From Alphaproteobacteria bacterium (GTDB taxonomy: Bacteria > Pseudomonadota > Alphaproteobacteria > GM7ARS4 > G965262615), in NCBI GenBank assembly GCA_965262615.1, contig OZ253545.1, positions 1,120,001-1,184,000 on the forward strand: 64,000 bases of DNA. Direction: 5' to 3'. This document shows, piece after piece, positions 46,310 to 55,564 of the stretch; position 1 is the stretch's first letter; the number at the start of each line of letters is the position of its first letter. The position numbers were made by a program, and so were the translations under genes. The notes below the pieces were generated by a model, which saw only the letters and a list, made by a program, of their open reading frames with translations, did no database searches and was not told where the DNA came from.

Positions 46310-47306
46310 GAGCGACACACTATCACATTTTGGCAGATATCCCACCACGCGTCTGCGGCGTTTGCGTCAGCATGAGTGGCTGCGTCTTTTGGTGCGAGAG
46401 CATGAGCTGCGTCCTCATCACCTGATCATGCCTCTGTTTGTTCATGACCATCCTTCCACTCCCATTGAATCTCTGCCCACCCACCACAGATTGAGCCTTG
46501 ATGACCTTTTGCACAAAGCGGACGAATGTCTGCAGCACGGCATCACCGCCATTGCCCTGTTTGCCGTGATTGACGACACACTCAAAGATGACAAAGGCTC
46601 GCACGCCCTGCAAGAGGATAATCTGCTCTGTCGCGCCATAGCCCATGTGAAGAAGCATCACCCCCAATTGGGAGTCATTGCCGATGTGGCTCTTGACCCT
46701 TTCACCAGTCACGGACACGATGGCATCGTGCGTGACGGCACAATTCTCAATGATGAGACCGTGGCGGTGCTGTGTCGCCAAGCGGTGCTGCAAGCTCACG
46801 CGGGAGCAGACATCATCGCCCCCTCCGACATGATGGATGGACGCATTGCCGCCATTCGGCAGTCACTGGACGAATCACATCACACCCATTGTCTGATTTT
46901 ATCTTATGCCGCAAAGTATGCCTCGGCATTTTATGGTCCTTTTCGTGATGCCGTGGGCAGCCGCTCTTTGCTGGGCACGAGTGATAAAAAAACCTACCAG
47001 ATGGATTGTCACAACAGACGCGAGGCATTGCGAGAAATCGCCCTTGATATTGATGAAGGAGCGGACATGGTCATGGTGAAGCCAGCCCTGCCCTATTTGG
47101 ATGTCATTTGTCATGCGGCGCAATCGTTTGCCGTGCCTTTGTTTGCCTATCAGGTGAGCGGTGAGTATGCCATGCTGCGTCATGGCAGCTCGCACCTCTC
47201 TTATGATGATTGTCTGCTGGAGTCTTTGGTCGCCATTCGCCGTGCGGGCGCACAAGCCATTGTGTCGTATGGCGCATTGGATGCCGCACGACTGCTCACA
47301 TCATGA
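46308..47306 (+). CDS. hemB: Porphobilinogen synthase
   Basis: RLRRLR, DVALDPFTSHGHDG, APSDMMDGR, YGPFRDA, MVKP, YQVSGEY. Confidence 0.97.
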   Translation: MSDTLSHFGRYPTTRLRRLRQHEWLRLLVREHELRPHHLIMPLFVHDHPSTPIESLPTHHRLSLDDLLHKADECLQHGITAIALFAVIDDTLKDDKGSHALQEDNLLCRAIAHVKKHHPQLGVIADVALDPFTSHGHDGIVRDGTILNDETVAVLCRQAVLQAHAGADIIAPSDMMDGRIAAIRQSLDESHHTHCLILSYAAKYASAFYGPFRDAVGSRSLLGTSDKKTYQMDCHNRREALREIALDIDEGADMVMVKPALPYLDVICHAAQSFAVPLFAYQVSGEYAMLRHGSSHLSYDDCLLESLVAIRRAGAQAIVSYGALDAARLLTS

Positions 47307-48421
47307 CCACACCGCCACTGCAAGGCATCACCGTCATTGACTGCAGCCGTGTGCTGGCGGGACCCTTTGCCACCATGATTTTGAGCGATCTTGGCGCGCG
47401 CGTCATCAAAGTAGAATCCGAGACCGGTGATGACGCACGCGCCATTGGGCCCTTTGTCAATGGACAATCCCTCTATTTTGCCTCACTCAATCGCGGCAAG
47501 GAAAGCGTCACCCTCAATCTCAAAAAAGACAGCCACCGCTCGCTCTTTGAAGACATGCTCGCCACCGCCGACATTCTGGTGGAGAACTTTCGCCCCGGCG
47601 TGATGCAACGACTGGGCTACGACTGGCTCACCCTTCATGAACGCTATAAACGGCTGATTCTGGCATCCATCAGTGGCTTTGGGCAGGAAGGGACGCGGCG
47701 CGCAAAGCCCGCCTATGACATCATCATTCAAGCCATGAGCGGCATGATGAGCATCAATGGTGAGGAAAACAGCGAGGGGGTGCGGGTCGGCACATCCATC
47801 GGCGACATGACGGCTGGACTCTATGGCGTGGCGGGCATTCTCGCCGCCCTTCACAAGCGGCACAGCAGCGGCGTGGGGTCTCATGTGGACATCGCCATGC
47901 TGGATTGTCAGGTCGCCCTGCTGGAAAATGCCCTCGTGCGCTATGCCAGTGACGGCATTGTGCCGCGCCCCATTGGTAATCGTCATCCCAGCATCACCCC
48001 CTTTGCCAGTTTTCAAACCAAAGATCGTCCCATTGTCATTGCCTGTGGCAATGACGCACTGTTTGCCTCTTTGTGTCGGGCTCTCAAGCAGCCGCAGTGG
48101 CTTGATGACACACGCTTTGCCACCAATGACCAACGCACCAAACATCACCATCAGCTGCACCAACTGATTGAATCGTGCCTTGCCACCAAGACCGCCGATG
48201 AATGGATTGATATGCTGGAGAAAAACGCCATCCCCGTGGGACTCATTCGCACCGTGGCTGAGGTGTGTGACGACAAGAATCTACGCGCCCGCCGTATGCT
48301 GGTCGCGGTGCATGACACCGCCGCAGGCCCCATCACCGTGAGTGGCAACCCCATCAAAATCAGCAACTGCCCCGATGATGACACACGACCACCACCACCC
48401 CTCAAAAAGCCTCTTGCATAA
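47303..48421 (+). CDS. CaiB/BaiF family (class III) CoA transferase
   Basis: LAGP, DLGARVIKVE, NRGKES, ENFRPG, ISGFG. Confidence 0.93.
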   Translation: MTTPPLQGITVIDCSRVLAGPFATMILSDLGARVIKVESETGDDARAIGPFVNGQSLYFASLNRGKESVTLNLKKDSHRSLFEDMLATADILVENFRPGVMQRLGYDWLTLHERYKRLILASISGFGQEGTRRAKPAYDIIIQAMSGMMSINGEENSEGVRVGTSIGDMTAGLYGVAGILAALHKRHSSGVGSHVDIAMLDCQVALLENALVRYASDGIVPRPIGNRHPSITPFASFQTKDRPIVIACGNDALFASLCRALKQPQWLDDTRFATNDQRTKHHHQLHQLIESCLATKTADEWIDMLEKNAIPVGLIRTVAEVCDDKNLRARRMLVAVHDTAAGPITVSGNPIKISNCPDDDTRPPPPLKKPLA

Positions 48422-48460
48422 TCAATAAAGTCATGGCAAAAGAAAACGAGGAATAATACG

Positions 48461-49972
48461 ATGATAAAATCGGGCAGTCTTGCAAAAGGCATTACGACAA
48501 TCTTTTTCTTTGGCATCATTGCGTATGGTTTGGCTCTCGCCTTTCCCATAGAGGGAGCGTGTAGCCTCACCAGTGCTTCATTGGATGCCCGTATCAATCA
48601 CGCCATTTGCCCCATCAGCAGCAGTTTGGCGTCCTTGGTGTTTTTCACCGTGCCGTTTTTTGGTGGCGAAGCCATGTTTGTGGTCTTGTTGCTCATCGGC
48701 ACGGCTCTTGTGCTCACTTTTTATCTCAATTTTGTCAATATCAGAGGCTTGAGGCAATCGTGGCGCGTGCTCAAAAAAGGACGCACAAAGGAAAAAGAAG
48801 GCGCAGGCGAACTCAGTCACTTTCAAGCCATGACCGCCGCCCTTTCGGGAACGGTGGGACTGGGAAATATTGCTGGAGTCGCCATTGCCATCTCCATCGG
48901 AGGACCGGGCGCAATCTTTTGGATGGTGGTCGCAGGATTTCTCGCCATGGCAACCAAATTCGCCGAATGCACCATCGGACACCAATACCGACACATTCGC
49001 AAAGATGGCAGTGTCTCGGGCGGGGCGATGTATTATCTCACCATTGGACTTGGGGAACGGCGAATGCCCATGCTGGGCAGTGTTCTGAGCTCGGCTTTTG
49101 CGCTGTTTTGTGTGGGCGTTTCCCTCGGAGCCGGCAACATGTTTCAAGCCAACCAAGCCTTTGAACAACTGGACAGTGTGGTCTCTCACAGTCTGCTGGG
49201 TTATGGCTGGCTCTTTGGCACGGTGGTGGCGGTGATGGTGGCTTTTGTCATTATTGGCGGCATCAAAAGCATCGGCAGAGTCACCGAAAAACTCGTGCCC
49301 ACCATGGGCGCGATTTATATCATCGGCTGTCTTTTGATTATTATGACGCATATCGGTCAGCTGCCCGAAACTTTTGCTAAAATCATACACCAAGCCTTCA
49401 CCCCCGATGCCCAATACGGCGGCATCATTGGCGTGATGATGTGGGGCTTTCGCCGCGCTCTGTTCTCCAATGAGGCGGGACTGGGCTCTGCCCCCATTGC
49501 CTATGCCGCCGTCAAGACAAAAAACTCCGCCTCCGTAGGATACATCGCCCTGCTGGGGCCCTTTATTGACACAGTCGTCATTTGCACCATGACGGGACTC
49601 GTGATTGTCATCAGTGGCTCCTATCTCGGCACGGAAGGGCTCACAGGAGTCACCATGACCTCCCAAGCCTTTGCATCGGTTGCTTCTTGGTTTCCCTATG
49701 TGCTCACGGTGGCGATTTTATTGTTCTCGTTCTCCACCCTCATCACATGGTCTTATTATGGACTGAAGGGCTGGAGCTTTTTGTTTGGTGAGAGCAAATT
49801 CACCGAAGGCGTGTTCAAGACACTCTTTTGCGTCTGTATTGTTGTGGGAGCGGCGATGGATGTGACCCAAATCGTCAATTTGTCCGATGCCATGATCTTC
49901 CTCATGCTTGTGCCTAATTTGGTGGGACTCATCATCTTCGCCCCCACCATCCGAAAACATTTGGCTTCATAA
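48461..49972 (+). CDS. Alanine/glycine:cation symporter (AGCS)
   Basis: GTVGLGNIAGVA, GGPGAIFWM, FSNEAGLGSAPIA, FIDTVVICTMT. Confidence 0.95.
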   Translation: MIKSGSLAKGITTIFFFGIIAYGLALAFPIEGACSLTSASLDARINHAICPISSSLASLVFFTVPFFGGEAMFVVLLLIGTALVLTFYLNFVNIRGLRQSWRVLKKGRTKEKEGAGELSHFQAMTAALSGTVGLGNIAGVAIAISIGGPGAIFWMVVAGFLAMATKFAECTIGHQYRHIRKDGSVSGGAMYYLTIGLGERRMPMLGSVLSSAFALFCVGVSLGAGNMFQANQAFEQLDSVVSHSLLGYGWLFGTVVAVMVAFVIIGGIKSIGRVTEKLVPTMGAIYIIGCLLIIMTHIGQLPETFAKIIHQAFTPDAQYGGIIGVMMWGFRRALFSNEAGLGSAPIAYAAVKTKNSASVGYIALLGPFIDTVVICTMTGLVIVISGSYLGTEGLTGVTMTSQAFASVASWFPYVLTVAILLFSFSTLITWSYYGLKGWSFLFGESKFTEGVFKTLFCVCIVVGAAMDVTQIVNLSDAMIFLMLVPNLVGLIIFAPTIRKHLAS

Positions 49973-49984
49973 TCCGAGCTCATG

Positions 49985-50024
49985 AAAATAGAAAAGCCCA
50001 AGCCCCGAAAGGCTTGAGCTTTCC
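49985..50024 (-). terminator. Intrinsic terminator hairpin between the symporter and pqqA
   Basis: Minus strand: AAAGCTCAAGCC-TTTCGG-GGCTTGGGCTTT followed by TCTATTTT. Confidence 0.8.
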
Positions 50025-50044
50025 CTACCGAATGGCTGAAGCTC

Positions 50045-50122
50045 TTAGACTTCGGCGCAAGCGTAGCTGTTGATTTCCAAACCAACGCTCACTTCGGTGA
50101 CCTTAGGTGTGTTCCAAGACAT
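50045..50122 (-). CDS. pqqA: PQQ precursor peptide (missed by the ORF track)
   Basis: MSWNTPKVTEVSVGLEINSYACAEV with the E-x-x-x-Y motif; AAGGAG upstream. Confidence 0.93.
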   Translation of the reverse strand: MSWNTPKVTEVSVGLEINSYACAEV

Positions 50123-50207
50123 GGCACGACTCCTTTAGGGTTGACAAAACGATGAACTCCCGTTCACTTGTCGCCAACATAGACTTCTTGTGTGAATAGA
50201 AAATGAA

Positions 50208-50224
50208 AATGATAATGATTTGCA
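50208..50224. promoter_or_regulatory. Fur-box-like site upstream of pqqA
   Basis: TGATAAT-G-ATTTGCA against the 7-1-7 consensus TGATAAT-N-ATTATCA. Confidence 0.45.
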
Positions 50225-50273
50225 AAAAAATACAACAAAATTAACTAAGGGAATTAATTTGACACACGGCAAA

Positions 50274-50570
50274 TTATGGCAGTTTTCTTGGGTCTTTTAC
50301 CACCCTACGAATTCTACGGTCTTTGATCATCTTGCGTCTTTTCGCAATCCCCTCTTTCAAGGGGAAGTCAGGGCACAACCCATGTGCTTTGGCATTAGCC
50401 ATCATAACCAAAAAACTATGTGTGTATGGCGGCATCTCATCATCATCCTCCACCAAGATGGTGCTTGCGTTTTTACCTTCACGCAAAAGCTGTCTTTTTA
50501 ATGCGATCGTTTCGGGCGGGTCATTAGGCTTGATCGGTGCTTGTTTGGGTGTCCATTCAAATGTGCTCAT
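50274..50570 (-). CDS. Hypothetical protein
   Basis: 98-aa ORF co-oriented downstream of the lipoproteins; no recognisable motif. Confidence 0.5.
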   Translation of the reverse strand: MSTFEWTPKQAPIKPNDPPETIALKRQLLREGKNASTILVEDDDEMPPYTHSFLVMMANAKAHGLCPDFPLKEGIAKRRKMIKDRRIRRVVKDPRKLP

Positions 50571-50584
50571 GACGACACCCTTAA

Positions 50585-50890
50585 CTAATCATCGCTGCCG
50601 CACTTGCCCTCGCCGATACAAATGGCATAGGCTGATGCGCCCACAACAATCATGGTGGGCACAGCCGATATGACCGTGGCGGCGGCATCACAGGTATCAA
50701 ACTGTTTAATCAGCTGCTCCTTTGTGAACGGCGGACGACGCTTATTCTCAAGGGCATCCTTATAGCGCACCAGTTCCACCTCAAGGGCACTCTTACACGC
50801 CGAGCCATAAGGCACAAGCACCGTGGACTTGCCAACACTGCACCCCGTCAGCACAACAGACACCATCAATAAAGAAAAAATCCTCATCAT
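50585..50890 (-). CDS. Small Cys-rich lipoprotein, paralog 2
   Basis: Lipobox LTGC; near-identical to the upstream paralog. Confidence 0.75.
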   Translation of the reverse strand: MMRIFSLLMVSVVLTGCSVGKSTVLVPYGSACKSALEVELVRYKDALENKRRPPFTKEQLIKQFDTCDAAATVISAVPTMIVVGASAYAICIGEGKCGSDD

Positions 50891-51237
50891 CCACCTCCAC
50901 CACCTTGACTATTTGTCGGTGGCGGTGGCCCATCGTCATCATCAGAGCCGCATTTGCCTTCACCGAGACAGAAGGCATACGCCGATGCTCCCACAACAAT
51001 AATCGCCGGCACCGCCGAGACCACCGTCGCCACCGAATCACAGTCATCAAACTGATTGATCAAATCATCCTTTGAGAACGATGGGCGACGCTTGCGCTCC
51101 AACTCATCCTCATGACGCACCAACTCCACTTCAAGAGCATCCTTACACGCCGTCCCAAAAGGAACAAGAACCGTGGACTTGCCAATGCTACACCCCGAAA
51201 TCAAGGCACATAAACCCAGTAAGAACAAAAATCTCAT
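50887..51237 (-). CDS. Small Cys-rich lipoprotein, paralog 1
   Basis: Lipobox ISGC; purine-rich SD before MRFLFLL; DDDG-PPPP-GGGGG tail. Confidence 0.75.
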   Translation of the reverse strand: MRFLFLLGLCALISGCSIGKSTVLVPFGTACKDALEVELVRHEDELERKRRPSFSKDDLINQFDDCDSVATVVSAVPAIIVVGASAYAFCLGEGKCGSDDDDGPPPPTNSQGGGGG

Positions 51238-51285
51238 AACCTTTCTCTCCTCAACTCGTAGGGTCATTGTGCCACAAATTGTCAC

Positions 51286-52758
51286 TCAATTCAAATCTTT
51301 TTTGCCATAATTATGCCCCCACGAAGGCACTCGCAAACTGCCCTCTTGCAATTCCACCGATGACGAGACTTCCACAGACTCCCTGTGTTCAGCAGGAATG
51401 GCATCATCCTCGCTTTGCTGCGGTGCTTGAAATAGTGGCAGCTCATCATTTGGCGGTTTGCGGTGTTCTGTCACCTGTGGTGAGTCATGATGAGAAACCT
51501 CATCGGTAAAATCATTTTCTTTGGCGATGGATTCATGAACCGCCGCTGGCTGATGAGACGGTATCGGCGGTATCGGCGGTGACTGCGTCACCGCCTCTTG
51601 TGTCATCTTTTCCTCGTTTTTCCTCCACCAATTCCACCAGCTTTTTTTCTTGTCTGTCTGCTGCTCCTCGTGATGCACTGGCGGCGATGACGGCTGTGCT
51701 TCGCCCTGTCTCAAATCAAAGGGATGAGCCGCCCCATCGTCATGAGGCTCATAGTGGTGATTGTGTTGCTCAAATCCGGACGCAATGATGGTCACTCGCA
51801 AGGAATCATTCATGGTGGTATCATGAATGACACCACAATTAATTTCCGCCAGTGCCATGCGCTGCCGCACCGCTTGAATAATCTTGGGCATTTCGTCAGC
51901 AGCCACATTGCCTGTCACATTGATGAGCATCCTCTTGGCTTGCCCCATTTGATGATTATCCAGCAATTGATGAGACGATAACGCCTTTTCCAAAGCCTTA
52001 TGAGCGCGATCCTGACCGCGCGCCTGTCCGCTTGCCAGCTGGGCTCGCCCGCCGCGCAGCAGCACTCGTTTGACATCGGCAAAGTCCAAATTAATCAGCC
52101 CCTGCTTCAAAACCAAATCACTCACCGCCCGCACCGATTCGGCAAGAACATCATTCATCATCGCCAAACCCTTTTGAAAACTGCCCTGTTCACCGTCTTG
52201 CTGAAATTCCAGCAGCTTTTCATTAGCTCCCACAATCAATGTATCGGTCAATGGAGCCAGTCGCTTCAGGGCATCTTGAGCAATGACCTGCTTGCCAAAT
52301 TCCCAGTCAAAGGGCGTTGTCACAAAAGACACCGTCAAAATATTCATCTCTCGTGCCAGACGCGCCACAAAAGGAGTCGCCCCCGAACCCGTGCCGCCAC
52401 CCAGTGTTGACACAATAAACAATAAGCTCAAACCCTCAAGGGCGACACGCAACGCCTGCTCCGCCTCTTGAGCCGCACGATAGCCAATATCGGGATCCAT
52501 GCCCGCTCCCGCTCCCCCCGTCAATTGAGGACCCAACTGAATGTGATAGGGAACATCAACACTGGCGAGATCTTGTGCATCCGTGTTGGCAGCCATCATG
52601 CGAATATCCGTGATATCACGCTGCGCCAAACTATTGATCGCATTGCCGCCGCCGCCGCCAATACCAATGACACCAATTTCACATGTGCCAAAAGTAAGTC
52701 CAGCATCAGACCGAGAATGCGAGCCCCCATGAGGAATAGAAAAGTCACTGGTCATCAT
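51286..52758 (-). CDS. ftsZ: Cell division protein FtsZ (divergent)
   Basis: GIGGGGGNA, ANTDAQ, GGGTGSGA, GLINLDFADV. Confidence 0.95.
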   Translation of the reverse strand: MMTSDFSIPHGGSHSRSDAGLTFGTCEIGVIGIGGGGGNAINSLAQRDITDIRMMAANTDAQDLASVDVPYHIQLGPQLTGGAGAGMDPDIGYRAAQEAEQALRVALEGLSLLFIVSTLGGGTGSGATPFVARLAREMNILTVSFVTTPFDWEFGKQVIAQDALKRLAPLTDTLIVGANEKLLEFQQDGEQGSFQKGLAMMNDVLAESVRAVSDLVLKQGLINLDFADVKRVLLRGGRAQLASGQARGQDRAHKALEKALSSHQLLDNHQMGQAKRMLINVTGNVAADEMPKIIQAVRQRMALAEINCGVIHDTTMNDSLRVTIIASGFEQHNHHYEPHDDGAAHPFDLRQGEAQPSSPPVHHEEQQTDKKKSWWNWWRKNEEKMTQEAVTQSPPIPPIPSHQPAAVHESIAKENDFTDEVSHHDSPQVTEHRKPPNDELPLFQAPQQSEDDAIPAEHRESVEVSSSVELQEGSLRVPSWGHNYGKKDLN

Positions 52759-52773
52759 GATCTCCTTTGCATG

Positions 52774-53913
52774 TTACGAAAAACCCATTGCCGCGTTGCG
52801 ATCACTGTTGGCAAAAGGCGACTGAAAAACTCGTTCATCCGTTGGGACTTTCGGATTCTCATTGGCAATGGGAGCAATGGGCAGTGGCTTGCTCTTTGAG
52901 AGTGGTGGCATCACGCCGCCCATCACAGAATACGCCATTGCCAACAATTCCACCATGCGATCGGCAAAGAGAGGTTCTTGGGTCACCGTCCTCATGGCGC
53001 GATTCCATTGGCGTTGCATCAAACCAATCATGCCCTTTGCCCGCACTTTATCTTGTGCCACAATCCAATCAAACGCACCGCCAATGCCAACCTCCAACGG
53101 CTTGAGTTCATCAGCCAGCCAGACCACCATATCTTGCACAATGCCGCGCAAGCGATCCCCCAGCGCATCATTGCCACGCAAACCAAAAGACTTCAAAAAC
53201 TGCCACGATTGATAAACCGATAAAAGCAACGCCTTCCTCACACAGCGCACCAATTGATCAAAGCCCTTTTTGTCAAATCCTATGCGACACAATACATTAT
53301 TCTTGAAAGCAACATACAATACCTCCCCCTCACCCATGTGAATGTACGCCACCCCATCCTTTTTTTGCTGCTCCGATGCAAAGTACTGAGCCGCATCATA
53401 GGTCGCCGAGCGCACCCCCGCCAGACGAACGCCCATGTGCTCGGTCAATTGCTCCAATTTCTGATACAACTCTTCGGTCACCGCCAACGCACACACAGGA
53501 TAACAGCCCACGCCATTCTCCAATCGCCGCGTTCCCACACTGGCATGACATTGGCGATATCCCCGCTGTTTCAGCAGCAATGACATTTCTTCCATCACCG
53601 CTTTCCGACAGACTTGGTCATCAGGCACACCATGACACGCAATCTCGGCTTCAAAAGTCACAAACCAACTCTCACCAGAATCATGACACAGAGGAAGATC
53701 AATATACAACTGATCAATGGTCACATTGGCTTTTTGTTCGGCATCACGCAACAATTGCGTCCACAGCTCTGTGGGGTCATCATCTTTATAGAGAGAGTCC
53801 GTGACATAAGACTGAGGCATTAATTGCCGCCCATTGCCCACGCGCTCAATCATCACACAGCTGGGACGGGTTGTGCCGATGGATAAAATACCGATCAATT
53901 GTCGTCCCATCAT
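52774..53913 (-). CDS. ftsA: Highly divergent FtsA-like protein
   Basis: Located between ftsQ and ftsZ; LSIGTT and YIHMGEG are degenerate phosphate-1/2 motifs. Confidence 0.6.
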   Translation of the reverse strand: MMGRQLIGILSIGTTRPSCVMIERVGNGRQLMPQSYVTDSLYKDDDPTELWTQLLRDAEQKANVTIDQLYIDLPLCHDSGESWFVTFEAEIACHGVPDDQVCRKAVMEEMSLLLKQRGYRQCHASVGTRRLENGVGCYPVCALAVTEELYQKLEQLTEHMGVRLAGVRSATYDAAQYFASEQQKKDGVAYIHMGEGEVLYVAFKNNVLCRIGFDKKGFDQLVRCVRKALLLSVYQSWQFLKSFGLRGNDALGDRLRGIVQDMVVWLADELKPLEVGIGGAFDWIVAQDKVRAKGMIGLMQRQWNRAMRTVTQEPLFADRMVELLAMAYSVMGGVMPPLSKSKPLPIAPIANENPKVPTDERVFQSPFANSDRNAAMGFS

Positions 53914-54665
53914 CCCGCCTCTCCGTGATGAGCAATCATGGAAAAAAGAATATTGGCTGGCTGGCGGGCATCAATAATTTGAGGTTTTTTGTGCAAGTGC
54001 CGCTCCAGTGCATCGGTACGCAAAAACGCACGCCACGAGGCGGCAACATCATTCTCCGCCAGCATGATGCGAGTGTCATGATTCACAAAAATATCCCAGC
54101 GACCATCCACATAGTGATAAAGGGTCACATCATGCCCCAGCAACGGATAATTCAGCGTCAAATGCCACACAGCCATTGATTCCTGAGGTGACGGATTGCC
54201 TTTGAAAATGGGCAAATCATAGGCATTCAAGTCTTCCACATCGCTTAGATGAAACCCCTCTTCATCCAAAAGGGCAAAATTGCCATCGGCAGTGATGTGA
54301 ATCATGGCAGGAATGCGCTCGGTAATCATCAAACGCACCACACCATGACTCAAACGCTGAAGCTGAGCACTCGCCACCAACGGCAATGAGCTCACACGCC
54401 TCTGAGCCTCACCCAATGAAAATCCATACAGAGCATCCCCTGTTGCAATCTGTAGTGCATCCAATAAGGTTTGTTCGGGTATTTTTGCTTCACCATAGAT
54501 GTCAATCCGCTCTATGCGCGGCATGTCTTTGACACTCCACACCATCAAAGACATGAACAAGAGCCCCAGCACAATTGTGCGCCCGTGCCATCTGCCAAGA
54601 GTCACGCCTCGGTGCTCCTTAATCTCATCTTGACATGTGAAGGGATTATCATGCAATTGGCTCAT
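53910..54665 (-). CDS. ftsQ: Cell division protein FtsQ/DivIB
   Basis: Single TM, POTRA-like LPLV..A...R..ITERIP, GRWDI, IDAR. Confidence 0.85.
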   Translation of the reverse strand: MSQLHDNPFTCQDEIKEHRGVTLGRWHGRTIVLGLLFMSLMVWSVKDMPRIERIDIYGEAKIPEQTLLDALQIATGDALYGFSLGEAQRRVSSLPLVASAQLQRLSHGVVRLMITERIPAMIHITADGNFALLDEEGFHLSDVEDLNAYDLPIFKGNPSPQESMAVWHLTLNYPLLGHDVTLYHYVDGRWDIFVNHDTRIMLAENDVAASWRAFLRTDALERHLHKKPQIIDARQPANILFSMIAHHGEAG

Positions 54666-55564
54666 TGTGCCGCCTCCAAAATAGTTGTGACCAATTGATC
54701 AAACGCAATGCCACGATGCGCCGCCATTGCCGGCAGCAAAGAATGAGAGGTCAAACCGGGCTGAGTGTTGATTTCCAAAAAATACAATCCCGCCTCACCG
54801 TGACTTTCGTCAAACAAAAAGTCCGACCGACTGACGCAAGAACATCCCATCGTGCGATGCATGGCAAGAGCCCACCGCTGAGCTTGGGTCGTGATGGCAT
54901 CAGGCACTGTGGCGGGAATATGATACTGCGTTGCGGCATCATCATACTTGGCGTTATAATCATAGAACGATTGCGCCGGGACAATTTCCATAACATCCAG
55001 TGGCTCATCATTGAGAATTCCCACGGTGAGTTCTCGCCCATCAATGTGCTGTTGCACCATCAAGACATCGCCGTGCTGCCATGACGCAATAACATCGGGC
55101 AGTTGTTTCTCATCATGGACAATGGTCACGCCGACGCTAGAGCCCTCGCTGATGGGCTTGATGACAAACGGCAACGCCATGACATCGGCAATGGTATGCC
55201 ATTTCTTTCTGGCAAGAAGCTGATGGTGCGGCACGCGCATAGAGAGCATGGAAGCAATGCTGGCAGAGGCGTGTTTATCCATCGCAATGGCAGAGGCATG
55301 CACCGAAGAGTGGGTATGGGGAATGTGCATGGATTCAAGCAAGCCCTGCACCGTGCCATCCTCACCCCATGTGCCGTGCAGGGCGTTAAAGACAATGGTG
55401 TTGTCATCAAGTGCGTCCATCCACGCACGATTGGGCGCATCGCCCACATCCACTGCCTTTACATGGTGGTGCTTTTTGAGCGCGTCCGCAACGCATCGCC
55501 CGCTCTCCAAAGAGACCTCGCGTTCCGCTGACCATCCACCCATCAAGACAACAATCTTTTTCAT
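54662..55564 (-). CDS. ddl: D-alanine--D-alanine ligase
   Basis: GGWSAEREVSL, LHGTWGEDG, EGSSVG, YDYNAKY, LEINTQPG. Confidence 0.97.
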   Translation of the reverse strand: MKKIVVLMGGWSAEREVSLESGRCVADALKKHHHVKAVDVGDAPNRAWMDALDDNTIVFNALHGTWGEDGTVQGLLESMHIPHTHSSVHASAIAMDKHASASIASMLSMRVPHHQLLARKKWHTIADVMALPFVIKPISEGSSVGVTIVHDEKQLPDVIASWQHGDVLMVQQHIDGRELTVGILNDEPLDVMEIVPAQSFYDYNAKYDDAATQYHIPATVPDAITTQAQRWALAMHRTMGCSCVSRSDFLFDESHGEAGLYFLEINTQPGLTSHSLLPAMAAHRGIAFDQLVTTILEAAQ

